Shown here: one piece after another, positions 15,457-28,959 of the stretch
Numbering within the stretch: the first letter of the stretch is position 1
Layout: the number at the start of each line of letters is the position of its first letter
Translations under genes and position numbers: made by a program
Source of the DNA: the human T2T-CHM13v2.0 reference genome, Homo sapiens
Reading direction: 5' to 3' (one strand)
DNA: 64,000 nt
NCBI RefSeq assembly: GCF_009914755.1
Contig: NC_060927.1
The notes under the pieces: model-generated
Database searches by the model: none
The model's input: only the letters and a program-made list of their open reading frames with translations
What the model was told of the DNA's origin: nothing

Positions 15457-16490
15457 AAAACCAAAAATAAATACATGAAACCTAATTAAACTGAAAACCT
15501 TCTGCACAGAAAAAAAAAAAAATCATCAGAGTAAAAAGCCAACCCACAGAATGGGAGAAAATATTTGCAAACTACACATCCCAAAAAGGACTAGTATACA
15601 GAATCTACAAGGAACTCAAACAAATCACCAAGAAAAAAAAAAAACAGTTTTGTTTAAAAGCGGGCAGAAGATATGAGTAGACATTTCTCAAAAGAAGATA
15701 TACAAATGGCCAATAAACATATGAAAAAATGCTCAACATCACTATTATCGGAGAAATGCAGATTAAAACCACAATGAGATACCACCTTGGTCCTGGAAGA
15801 ATGGCCATTATTAAAGAGTCAAAAAAACAATAGTTGTTGGCATGGATTGGGGAAAAGGGAACACTTATACATGGCTGGTGGGAATGTAAATTACTACAAA
15901 CTCTAATATACTAATTAGTATGAAGATTCCTGAAAGAGCCAAAAGTAGATCTACCATTCAATCCAGCAATCCCACCACTGGGTATCTACCCAAAAGAAAA
16001 GTCATTATATGAAAAAGACACTTGTATGTGTGTGTTTATAGTAGCACAATTCACAATTGCAAAAACGTCAAAGCAATCTAAGTGCCCACTGACTAATGAG
16101 TAAAGAAAATGTGGTACATATACAACAGGGAATACTACTCAGCCATTAAAAGGAATAAAATAATGTCTTTTGCAGCAACTTGGATGGAGCTAGAGGCCAT
16201 AATTCTACGTGAGGTAAGTAGGAGTGGAAAACCAAAAACTCTATGTTCTCACTTATAAGTGGGAGCTAAGCTATGAGGACATAAAGGCATAAGAAAGATA
16301 TAGTGGACTTTAAAGACTCAGAAAGTGAAGGCTGAGAGTGGGGCTAGGGATAAAAAACTCCACACTAGGTACCGTACACTACTCGGGTGATGGGTGCACT
16401 AAAATCTCAGAATTCACTGCTATATAATTCATCCACGTAACAAAAAAAAAACACCTATATTCCAAAAGCTATTGAAATAAAAAAAAAATA
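15457..16490 (+). mobile_element. L1PB (PB2/PB3-like) 3' end, about 1 kb
   Basis: Decayed ORF2 end; 3' UTR gggagctaagctatgagg..gggtgatgggtgcactaaaatctcag..agctattgaaataaa; degenerate TSD aagtctaaa/aagtctgaa. Confidence 0.9.
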
Positions 16491-16882
16491 AGTCTGAATT
16501 AGTAAATGCATGCAAAGTAAATGTTTCCTGGCCTGCAGCAAAGAGTATGAAGCCATCTGCAAAGCTACTTTTTGGCCCATGATAAACCAGAGAGATGCAA
16601 CACAATGGAGCGTTGCCCTGAGGTACTTTCTAGCTTGCCACAGGAGCAGGAGAACTACTGTTTACAACCCAGATTCATGAACACAATTCAATCCTTATGG
16701 TACTTTCTTTTTCTTTTTCCTGATGGGTTTTAAACTATGGTCAGTCACCACATAAGACATTTCAGTCAACGATGACCACATATGGCTCTATAGGATTTTA
16801 ATGGAGCTGAAATATTCCTAACACTTAATGGCATTTCGATGATCTTGACTCTGGGTAGACCTAGGGTAATGTGTGTGTTTCT

Positions 16883-17292
16883 GTGCCCATCAACCAATGA
16901 GTGAATAAAGAAAATACGGTATATATACCATAGAATACTACTCAGCCATAAAAAAGAATGAAATAATGTCTTTTGCAACAACTTGGATGGAACTGAAGGC
17001 CATTATTCTAAATGAAGTAACTCAGGAATCAAAAACCAAATATCATATATTCTCACTTTTAAGTGGGAGCTAAGCTATGGGTATACAGCAAAGGCATACA
17101 GAGTGGCATAATAACACTGGAGACTCAGAAGTGGGGAGAGTGAGAGGGGGGTGAGGGATGAAAAACTACCTGTTGGGTACTAGGCACAGTACTTGGGTGA
17201 TGGGTGCACTACAGTTCTAGACTTCACCACTGTTCAATTCATCCACATAACCAAAAACCTCTTGGACCTCTAAAGCTATTGAAATAAAAAAA
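16883..17292 (+). mobile_element. L1PB 3' end inserted in Tigger3
   Basis: cccatcaaccaatgagtg..gtgggagctaagctatg..aaagctattgaaataaaaaa. Confidence 0.9.
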
Positions 17293-17339
17293 TTTTAAGA
17301 AAGACTATATGGAAAGAAAAAAAATTTTTTTTAATCAAC

Positions 17340-17820
17340 ATCCCTAAAATAAATAGGCAAACGAGATGAATAGAAAACTCATAAAACACAAAAAAAAATT
17401 GGCAAGCTCAGTAGTAATAAAATAAATGAAACTTAAAACAATAAAATGTTAACATTTGTATTTATTAAATTCACTTTTAGAAATAAGAATATTTAAAATA
17501 GTGCAGTGAGACAGGCATTTCCATGACCCACTGTGAGTCAGAAAATTGGAAGCCCTATTTTGTAAAGTAATTTAGCATATTAAGTAAGAAGAAATAAGTA
17601 AAAAGAAATACATAAAATAAATTACTATGTTCACTTCTTTTCCCCATTATTCAACTTGTAACAACTCTAAGGTAATAACCTAAACTGTAGCAAAGGCTCT
17701 ATGTATAACAAATTCATTGGAGTTACAACCTAAATATCTGTCAATAAAGAAATGTGGAAATAAATCAGTCCATGACTGTAATAAAACATATCGTGTAGCT
17801 GTTAGACTTTAATTTATGAA
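17340..17820 (+). mobile_element. Highly decayed L1M (L1ME-type) fragment
   Basis: aataggcaaacgagatgaatagaaaac; ctcagtagtaataaaataaatgaaacttaaaacaa; caacctaaatatctgtcaataaag resemble L1 3' motifs. Confidence 0.6.
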
Positions 17821-18744
17821 TACTTTTTAAATTTTAAAATTGATAAATATATATATTTTTTATTGAAAATAGAAAAAGCTTATAGAATAAGAATATAAAG
17901 AAGAAATATTTTGTATGACTGTGTGATGTGTTTGTGTTTTAAGCTACGTGTTATTACAAAACAGTCAAAAATTTAAAAATTTAAAACCTTATGAAGTTAA
18001 AACTTACAGAAAGCGAAGGCTAATTTATTATTGAAGAAAGAAAGATTTTTTTACATAAATTTAGTGTAGCCTAAGTGTGCCGTGTTTATAAAGCCTACAG
18101 TTGTGCACATTAATGTCCTAGGCCCTCCCATTCACTCACCACTCATGGCTCACCCAGAGCAACTTCCAGTCCTGTGAACTTCATTGGTAACTGCCCTATA
18201 CAGGTGTGACATTTTTAATCTTTTATATCGTATTTTGACGTGCCTTTTCTATGTTTAGATATGCAAATAGTTAGCATTGTGTTCCAATTGCCTACAGTAT
18301 TCAGTACAGTAACATGCTGCACAGGTTTGTAGGCTAGGAGCAACAGGCTACACCACACAGCCCAGGTGTGTAGTAGGCTATATCACCTACATTTGTGTAA
18401 GTGCACTCTATGATGTTTGCACAACAACAAAATCGCCTCAGAACATATCCATGTCGTTAAGAGACACGTGACTATATTTGGGTTCTAAGTATCCATATTG
18501 AATGAGGCAGCAGGGAAGAGAAAACAGTATCTGGGAATGAGGCTTAATTGTCCTGAGCTCACTGAAGACACTCTGCTTTGGAACTGCAAGTGTCCTTGAG
18601 TCCTTTAACCTGGTCAGGGCTGTCTCTGTTACATCTTGCTTGCTCCTGGAGGCAAGGAGCAGGTTGTCTCCAGAGTTATCACTCTTATGGCCATTTCACC
18701 AGGCATTCTTCTCTCATTCATAAATATCTAAGTATTAAGAACAC

Positions 18745-18811
18745 CCATGACACAAGTTTACCCATGTAACAAACCTGCACATGTACCCCTAAACTTAAAA
18801 GTTGAAAAAAA
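18745..18811 (+). mobile_element. Extremely 5'-truncated L1PA terminus (about 67 bp)
   Basis: tttacccatgtaacaaacctgcacatgtacccctaaacttaaaag plus A-tail; perfect TSD aagaacac at 18737-18744 and 18812-18819. Confidence 0.9.
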
Positions 18812-19074
18812 AAGAACACAGAGTTGATTTTGATCATAATCTTATCCAAGAATAAATGGCAGAGAGACTGGGCAGACATGACCCTTCTTTTGTAAGTTCA
18901 GCATTACTTTAAGACACAGACAAATGTGTGTGTCTTGACAACTTTCTAGAAAGTTCAGCCAATGGGTAGAATTGCAAAATATGTGAAACAGCCAAAGTTG
19001 GATGGAATTGAACTCCTGCACGCCGTCGGTTTGTATCTGAGTCAGCAACCTGCAAGGTTGGTTATCATTAAACA

Positions 19075-20095
19075 TTTCTTATTCATTCATTCATTCAGGA
19101 AATATATATTAAGTGCCTACCATACTAAGCCCTACGCAATGAACTGTTGGTACAACAGGGAAAAAGATAAACATAATCTTTATCCTCGTGGAGCTCACAG
19201 CCCAGTGGGGAAAACAATAAGAAAATAAAGATATAATCAGCATATTCAGATAGAAAACGTCAGGACAGACACCAGATGGTCAGAGAAGGCTGTGTGGTGG
19301 ATGCTGCCATGCTGCCCCAGATCCTCTTCAAGAAGTATTTGTGCCCTAGCCCCTGGGAGAACTGTCAACACTTGGCATTTTTGTGCCCTAGCCCCTGGGA
19401 GTACTGTCAACACTTGGCCTTCAGTTATCAGTCCTACTAGGGATTGCCTTGACGAGAGTCACCTCCCCAAGGTCACATCCTTCTTGGCAGGAGAGGGGTC
19501 CCCACTTAAGACTGATCAATAAAAGAGTACAAAGGCCTGGCCACAGCACCAGTTGGCAGCAACTCTGAAAGACCCTTCCAGCTCCAGGGGTCCCTGTAGG
19601 GCCAATGCGGCAATAGGCTCCATTGTTCCACTTCTCCCTGTGCCCACTCCTGCTCCATTCCCCTTCCTTCCACAGGAGTTGAGTCCAACAGCCCTTCACA
19701 ATGGACATCCTTCATGTGAAACTCTATCTCAGGATCCTTTTTCTGGGAAATGCAGGACAAGTGGACACTTGGAGGCTGATCAGGAGCCAGCCATGCCAAG
19801 AGGCAAAGGAAGCCATACAGACAGGAGGAACATCAAGTTCACATCACTGAGGCATGAGCAAGTTGGCATCTTTAAGGACCAGAGAGGCAGCTGATGTGGT
19901 CTCAACATAAGGAGAAAATCTAAACGTTTGGAGATGGCATTAGAGAAGCAGGCAGGAGCCAGACCAGGAAGAGCTGTGTAGATTACAACAAAATCTTGGA
20001 TTTTATCCCATTGCTAAGGGAGACAAAAGAAGCGCTATAAGCCTGGGAGTGACAAGATCGGAGGTGCAGTTTTAAGAGATGACTCCAGTGGCTCT
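19075..20095 (-). mobile_element. L2 3' region, split by LTR16
   Basis: (attc)n tail, tattaagtgcctac, gtcagagaaggc...ggagccagccatgccaag, gggagtgacaagatc. Confidence 0.75.
19291..19760 (+). mobile_element. LTR16 (ERVL) LTR
   Basis: tgtgtggtggatgctgc start; cccaaggtcacatcc, caactctgaaag, ccttccttccacagg motifs. Confidence 0.75.
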
Positions 20096-20365
20096 CTTTG
20101 CTAGAGTTGGAAGCACAGAGGCATAAATCCCTATTCCAGCTTTTCCAAAACGTGAATTTGGACAGAGAGTAACTCTTTTATGATTTGTTCAAAAGATAAC
20201 TTTACAGGGCAAGAAGAGGGAAAATCCCTTGTATCTAGTAAGCACCTACTATGTGCTGGTCCTAACAATACTTTCAGTGCAGACACAAATTACCTTCATG
20301 TAGCAGAGGTAGCAATGAGGGCAAAGAGGAAGCGAGAAAGTGGTCCAAATTCACACAGCTTGTTA

Positions 20366-20426
20366 GTAGGTTGGTGCAAAAGTTACTTTTCATGGCAAAA
20401 ACCATGATTATTTTGCACCAACATAA
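20366..20426. mobile_element. MADE1 (Hsmar1-derived MITE) with deleted left arm, inserted in a MIR
   Basis: taggttggtgcaaaagt...atggcaaaaacc..attattttgcaccaacataa. Confidence 0.9.
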
Positions 20427-21300
20427 TAAAACCAGGGGTGTGAATCCAAGTCTCTTTATTCCACAAATTACCTCTTTTTAAGTATTATAGTATTATAATT
20501 ATGTATTGCATATGTTTTTACTGTATATAATTATAGTTTTTATACATAGTAAATATATTACAAGATACTATATCTATCGTAAGGCCAATGATAATCATGG
20601 GCATTTAAATGGACAATTGCTACCATTTTACGTAATCCTTCATCTTATTAAACAGCTGCACTTGCCCCCAGTATAATTATCAGTCTTTGCGGGAAAAGGA
20701 GGAACTCAAATGCAGCTGATGGTAGCCGAGTTCTGTTCTGTGTTCTGAAGAATCCCTGGCAATGCCCATCAGTGCTCCCTTGCCCCCGCCCAGGATACCC
20801 CCATCTTGGCTATTTCATGAGAAGGGCTTCTCTTGCAGGTTGCTGACTGCAGGCACAGATCTGTGGTGTATGAGAGCCTAATTACCAGCCAACTTTGGTT
20901 GTTGAAAGGTATTCTGCAATTGTATCCATTGAAATTCGTTGTAAGTGGCTGAACTTTCAAGAGTGTCTCCTTTTGCTTTCCCTCGATTGGGAACAAGATA
21001 GCAAGGCAAATGCCTGCAATTGAAGAGCTTTTGTAGTGTGATGATGTGACGGTCAGAAGAAGGAAACTTGTTCCCTCTCATCTCCTTCCAAGCCTTGCAC
21101 AATGAAGACTTCTAATACTAATAATGTAAAAGGTCAAAGCCAAGATGAATGTCCCCTCTTCTTAAACACTTTTGGAAACAACCAAGATCACTGATCCATT
21201 ATATCATTTCAAGGACTGAGATTCTTTCCACAACATGAAAGGGCAAAATAGAATTCTGGCCCCACCTCCTCCCACAATGAAACCCAGTAATTATGTGCTG

Positions 21301-21335
21301 TTTTTTGTTTTGTTTTGTTTTGTTTTGTTTTGTTT
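21301..21335. repeat. (TTTTG)n microsatellite
   Basis: Seen directly. Confidence 0.9.
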
Positions 21336-21774
21336 AACTAGACTGTATTTACTCATCCTGTGTTCCGGTTCTGTTACCTTTTGAACAGAACTGCACCTAA
21401 AATCCTGAGCAGACCATCCCGGAAACAGAAGAAGAAGCTTGCAGCCATTACAATGTTTCAAATTGTTTTGAAGTCACTATTAATTATGTCCAAAAAAGCC
21501 TTGAGGCAGCTTAAATTAGAATGTACACAGAAATGACAAATTTGCAAAATCCTTAAATCGAAGTAAAAAGGCAAGAATTGAGAAATAAACACATTCAACT
21601 GGCTGTTATTTTTTACATGTATTTTCATAAATTCATGAATAATTCCCTAATTTTCCCAGCACAGTGGGCTCTCTGGTCCAGATGGCCATTTCTCCTTGGG
21701 CTGAGCTGCTCTTGTAGGAATATGTGTGTTTTATCTAATAAACTTTTAAAGAGTAATAAAAGTTTATTAAATGA

Positions 21775-22385
21775 ACTTTAATATATTTTACATATAGAAG
21801 AGTGTAATTGATGGAGTACAGCTTGATGAAACTTTACAATGTGAATATTCTCATGTGTCAGTAGCCAGATCAAGATTTGAGTACTGTCCAGGACCCAGAA
21901 GCACCCTTCAGGCCCCTCAGTCTCTATCCTCCCCAACCTCTTCCCCAAGGTAATCAACATCCTAACTTCTGTCACCATAGGTTAGTTTTCCCTAGCTTTG
22001 AACTTTATATCAACAGGATCCTGTAGCACGCGCTCTTTTGTGTTTGATTTCTTTTGCTCAACACAATGTTTGTGAGACTCACCCACATTGTGGCAGGTAG
22101 CAGTGATTTATTTTCATTGCTATATCATGGTCCCTTCCACGAATATGAAATACCCACTGGACTGTAGATGCACATTTTGTTTTGTCCAGTCCCCAGCTAC
22201 CATGCATAGTACTGCTAAACACATACTTGTACATCTTTTGGCACACAACTGTACATACTTCTGTTGGAACCAAGCTTGCTGGTTCATACAGTGTGTGTGC
22301 AGTCAGCTTCAGTAGATACTGCCAGTTTTCTGAAGTGATTGCACTAATTATACTCCCACTGACAGAGTATGAGAATTCCTGTTTA
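21775..22385 (-). mobile_element. Old L1M (L1MD/L1ME) 3' UTR
   Basis: gtacagcttgatgaa, ccagatcaagat, tttgaactttatat, ttgctcaacacaatgtttgtgaga. Confidence 0.8.
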
Positions 22386-24399
22386 AGAAAATTTTCAAGG
22401 TTTTGATGGTTTTGAATTTTTATCAAGTAATGCATGTTCATAGTTGAAAGAAAATCTCACCCAAACAATCTCATAAGGCTTATTATGCAAAGGAGCAGTA
22501 CTCTACTCTGCCCTTAAATCCTGCTCTGCAGAGCCAAGAATTTTCAATTCTTTTAGCACCTTCTTCCAATATTTATCTTTTTGCTTCTACATATTTATTT
22601 TTTTACTTTGTATTTGATTTTTTAAGAATTCTCTATTAATTTCCTTCTACAGAAAAATAAAATTTTAGCACTGTTACAGCCTATACCTTTACCCTTTCCA
22701 CCTACATTTCACTTCTACCTTATTCATAATACAGCTTTATCATAATGTTGGTTATATCAAGAGTTACTGTTTAAACTGCTATTATTCACAGATGAAACCA
22801 ATAGAATACTCTGACAACATTTCCTTTCTTATACAAATGTTTGTTTTCCCTAAAGTTAGTGATTGCCTTTATTTTTCATCTAATTATTTTTCTAAGTATC
22901 ACTGGTTTTTCTCAGACTCTCTGATGGAATTAGAAAACACCTCTCAAAAATGTTCAACTCCTTAAGAAATCTATCAATGCTTCATTTGCTCATTGAAGCT
23001 CTTTTCCTTCTTTTTTTTTATTTTAGCTAAAGTGTTCTTTCTTCCTATTCACTGAGCCTCTGGAACAGTTGTTATTCTAGGAAGTCCCTCCATTATTGTC
23101 CTAAGAATTCTTTTGTGCATTTTTTTTTTTGTTTTCAGGGATGGATCCCCTGTCTCCAGGATCTCAAAATTTCTTTCTTGATGTTTTCCCTTGCTTGCTG
23201 GAGCAAATCGTCCCATTCCTTCCCAGAAGTAAATGTTTTGAGACACCTATATTCCACGTGTGCCTCCTACCTTTACATTTGATTGACAGTTTGGAGGCAG
23301 ACTGACGTCTAGGTTAGAAACAATTGCCTCAGCTTGGAAGACATTGCTCCATTGACTTCCTGCTTTGAAGCTTGCTGCTAAGAAGTCGAATTTCATTGTG
23401 ATTCCTAATCCCTTCCTATGTAACATTGTTGGTTCTTCTCTGGAAACTTTCAGCATCTTCTCTGGTATCCTGAAATTCCACAGCAATGTGCCTTGGTGCA
23501 GGCTACACATGCGCTGAATACACATGAAATATTTTCAATTTGGAAATTTAAGTTCGTCAGTTCTCAGTATCTGTATATACAATTTTTAAAATTCCTCCTC
23601 TTTTGTGTCTCTCTTGATTGGATGTTGGACCCAGTGGATTGATTATCTGATTTTCTTATCATTTCTCTCCTCTTCTCTGTGTCTGGTTCTTTGTCCTACT
23701 TTCTAGGAGATTCCTCAACATCAAATTCCAAACTTCTGCTTATTTATTTGACTATCTGCTGTCATATTTTTAATTTCCAAGAGCTCTTTTTTCTCCAGCT
23801 TTTTTTTAAAACATAGCATCTTATTTTGATTCATCGACAAAATGTCTTCTCATTCTTTCTGAAAATATTATAGTGTTTTTAATTAAGTTGCCTTCTGCTC
23901 ACTTCACTGTCACTAGATTCATCAATTTCAATTTCTTCTGGTATTTGCTTTGGTCGTTCTCATTTGAGAATTGAAGCTTTTCTCAAAAGTCTGGTGATCC
24001 CGACCTATCCATTAATATTTAAGAAAGAGGCAATAAAAAGCTGATTCGCAGTTATCTGTGAGTAGGCATGGCTCTGCTGGAAGGTGATAAGATAGATACT
24101 TATCTAATTCACTCGAGGATTTTTCCTGTTAGAGTGGTTGATTTCTGCTAAGAAAAATCTCTTTAACTCTGCCTGCTCAACTCTAAGAATTGAGAAGGGG
24201 AAGAGGATTAAGAAGTCTCTTTATTTTAATATCTGAAGCCTGCTCTCCTCTACTCCTGATGTCTCCATCTGGTTCCCCTCTGGTTGAGTTTCTCCAGAGA
24301 CAAATTTCCTTTCTATAGATGCTGTAGTTGGGCAGGAAGTAGTCCATTATCTGGTCGTATGGGAAAGAACATCGTATAAAACCATCTATTATACATGCA

Positions 24400-25240
<841 letters not shown>

Positions 25241-26162
25241 TCTAACCACTACTGAGCTGATTCTTCATATCTGTCTTTAGAGGTATCTCTGGGCTCCAAT
25301 TTTCTTGTCTCTCTAGGATTCTGTGGTAAAAGTTGGCTTGCTTCTCACTGAGATTCCCCTCTCCAGGCACTTTGTTCCAGCTTTCTTGCTCTGCCAACCC
25401 AGTTAACATTCATCCATCTGCTTTCCATCTTCCAAACATTTGTGGAGATATTTAATTTGCTATTGTTTCCTCTCTTATACTGCTTGTGTAGGTTTATAAC
25501 ATTTTAATTCCTTTTCTATTATTTTAGTGGAGTTCAGCAGGAAGCAAAAATCAGTGCACGCTATGACTAGAATTGGAAGTATCTTTTGTGTAGCTATGAA
25601 GGAGAATACAGGTTTAGAGGTGATTAATTGTTTATTGAATGTGCCAAAATAGCCTGTTGAAAAAATTAAAATTTCTCAGTGGGCTCAGACTCATCAAGAC
25701 TGCCACCTTTACCTCCTGACCATCTTGCACCTAGGCATGTAGCCAGGCTTGTGTGTCTCTAAGGAGTAGACTTTCCTCCCTGAAAATTTTATGTATTTCA
25801 GGAGTTAAAAAAGGAGAAATTTGCAAGGTGAATGCCTCTCTGTTTTAAGAACATGATGCAGAAAGGCAGCTCCAGTCTCCTATCTTTATAAAATTTCTCT
25901 CTCTACTTCATTGTGAAAATCTCAGGGAATAATTCTGATTGGCTGGCTTGGATCATGCACCCACCACCATGGTCAGGGCAGACAAGGATAGCCTACGCTA
26001 CTCTGTGACTAGAGCATGGGTCTGATACCACAAGAGATTGAGAGAATGGAGCAAGACATCCGTAGGTAACAGCAACCGAACACGTGGGTACTCCACTGCT
26101 ACATGATGGATCTTCTTGAATATCATGTGACCATGGCAAGATGAACACATGGAAAATAAACC

Positions 26163-28844
26163 TGTGGTGAACTGAATAATTCCCGACAAGAGATATCCAC
26201 ATCTGAATCCCTAGAACCTGTGAATGTTACTTTATATGACAAAAAATGAACTGTGTAGATGTGATTAAGTTAGGGATTCTGAGATGGGAAGTTATCCTGA
26301 ATTAGCTGGCTGGGCCCTAAATGCAAGCAAATGTATTCTTATAAAAGGGAGGTAGAAGGGTATCTGACACACACATGCACAGGAGAAGAGAAGCAACGTG
26401 ACGATGACAGGAGAGATTGGAGTGATGCAGCTATAGGCCAGAAACTACTGAAAGTCACCAGAAGCTGGAAAAGCTGAGGAACAAATTTACCCTTGAACCT
26501 CTGGAGGGAGTGCAGCCCTAGACTTTGGTCCAGTGAGACTTATATATATAAATTGCATATTAATTAAATATTAATTAAATATAATTATATATTAATAAAT
26601 ATACATTCTATATTTATAGGCTATATAATGTATTATGTATTCCTATAATTATATAATTATTACATATTTATAAATATAATTGTGTTTATAAATATTATAA
26701 TAATATATAATATATTATAGTATATAATATATAACATATATTATCAATATTATTGCTATTTTATGATTGACATTATCTTATTATCTTATTAATATTTTTA
26801 ATAATATCGATTATATATTTTAAGCATATTTATAAATTATATATTATATATTTATATTTATATATAATTTATAATAAAAATTATAATTTATAAAAATATA
26901 GTTACATAATTATATATATTGCATATATATTTGGTTTAAGGCACCAAGTGTGTGGTAATTTGTAATAGCAGCCATTGAAAATAAATACAGATTTTGGTAC
27001 CTGCTGTAATACATTTCTAAAAATGTAGAAATAGCTTTAGAATTGAGTAATGAGTAGAGGTTGAAAGAATTTTGAGACTGATGATAAAAAAAAAAATAGC
27101 CTAGATTGCTTTCAGTAGACCGTTGGTAGTAATATGAGCATTAACGGCACAGTTGCTGAGGCCTCAGACAGACGTGGGAAACATCTTATTGGAAACTGGA
27201 GGTAAGGTGGCCCTTGTTAAGTAGTGGCCAACTGCCAGACTGAATTGCAACCTACAGTTGTGTGGAAGACATGAATTGTAAGTGGTGAACATGGATATTT
27301 AACTCAGGAGATTTTCAAGTAAGGTGTCAAAAATGCAGCCTGGTTTCTTCTTGCCAATTATAGCAAAATATGTAAGGAAAGAGATAAAATGAGAGAATAA
27401 CTGTTGAGCAAAAAGGTACCAGGACTTGATTACTTGGGAAATTCTCAACCTATCCAGCTTCCAAAAGATGCTAAAATTAGGAGATTCACTGTCGAGAAAT
27501 CATGTTCTGGATGGTCAAGGGTATAACTGGACAAATTTTGGTTGTGTTAGAGATTAGTCATGTGACTCACAGATCCCCTTAGCTATCTCAGTAGAAGCCA
27601 GGAAAAGAGATGAGATTCTCCAGAAAATATCTGTGGAGGATTCCCTTATCTAACGGCATGAATCCCTGTAATATACATGGGAGACCCACAGGCTTTTTAG
27701 AGTGTTATATCTGAAGAAACAGCCAGATTGAACTGAAAGGGACAGAGAGAACAACCTGAAAAGAGCCTATAAGACTCCCAAAATTCTACAGGTAGGAAAC
27801 AAGCTCACACTATTATCAACCAGTTCTACCTCAAGCAAAAGGAAGAATGACTCCCAGGGTGGAGCCTCAGGCTGAGAAGGCAGAGCCACAAGACAAAGAC
27901 AGATTATTTCTAAGCCTCTGTGGAACTTGCCCTGCTGGATTTTCCATTGTTCATAATCAATGACTCCTTTTCCCCTTTCGTATTCTCCTTTTTGCAATGG
28001 AAATGCCTATAGCTGTTACACTATGCCTGTCCCACCATTGTGTCTTGGAAGCAGAGAACATATCCTCTAGTTTCACAGGTCCACAGAAGGAGAGGAAATT
28101 TTCCTCATGATGTAACATATAGAGAGTGTTTCCTATTTCTGATTTAGATGATGAGATTTGGTACTTTTGAACTGATGATATTTAGACGAGGTTTTGGACT
28201 GGAGTTGATGCTGTAATGGGATGATACCTGGGAATGTTGGTTGAATGCATTTTGTGTATGGAATGGATGTGAATCTTTGAGGATGTGAATCTCAAAGGGT
28301 AGACTGTAGTAAACTGAATAATTCCCCCTGCCAAATAAAACCCAAATGATCCTCATTCGAATCCTTGCAACTTGTAAATGTTTTCTTATATGGCAAAAAA
28401 GGGAGGAGTTTGCAGATATAGTTAATTAAGGACCTTGAGGTGGAGAGATTATCCTGAATTATCCAAACGGGCTCTAAATGCAATCACACTAAAAAAGGAG
28501 TTAGTGACAGATTCACCATGGAGAAGACAATGTGAAGATGAAACAGAGAAAGAGAGATTTGAAGATGCTACAACTGCTGGTCTTGAAAGTGGACAAGGAA
28601 GCCATGAACCAAAGAATACAATGAATGCAGCTCTAGGAACTGGAAAAGGAAAGGATGAATTCTTCTCTAGGGGCTTCAGAGGGAGTACAGCTCTGCCAAT
28701 GCCTTGATTGGGTGCCATAAGAGTTAGTTTGAATCCACTGCCTCCATAAGGAAGGAAGCCAAAATTATTACTTGTGAGAGAATACATTTTTTGAGCCTCT
28801 AAGTTTGTTGCAATTTGTTACAGTTGCCATAGAAAACTAATAAA
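26163..28844 (+). mobile_element. MLT1C/D MaLR provirus (5' LTR 26163-26989, internal 26990-28304, 3' LTR 28305-28844)
   Basis: Both LTRs start tgt(g/a)gt(g/a)aactgaataattccc; internal begins gattttggtacc; polypurine end aaagggtagac; degenerate TSD aaacc/gaact. Confidence 0.9.
26541..26930. repeat. AT-rich low-complexity (TA-type) tract inside the 5' LTR
   Basis: About 390 bp composed almost entirely of A/T. Confidence 0.95.
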
Positions 28845-28959
28845 GAACTAAAACGGTCAATAACCTGTGAGGACAAAACAATGAAGAAGAAAGGCATATA
28901 CTACAATGGAAAGGAAGTTAAATCAGGAATTAAACACCCCAGGCATCCTCAAGTCCAGA

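Larger units (their letters stand above)
16742..18474 (+). mobile_element. Tigger3/MER7 (TcMar) element in two collinear pieces (16742-16885, about 17866-18474)
   Basis: TIR-like cagtca... and ...cacgtgacta followed by TA; both pieces align to the second Tigger3 copy at 30108-31118. Confidence 0.85.

Noticed and set aside
20769-21102. Short ORFs in repeat-free sequence
   Set aside because: No similarity to any protein I recognise and no exon structure
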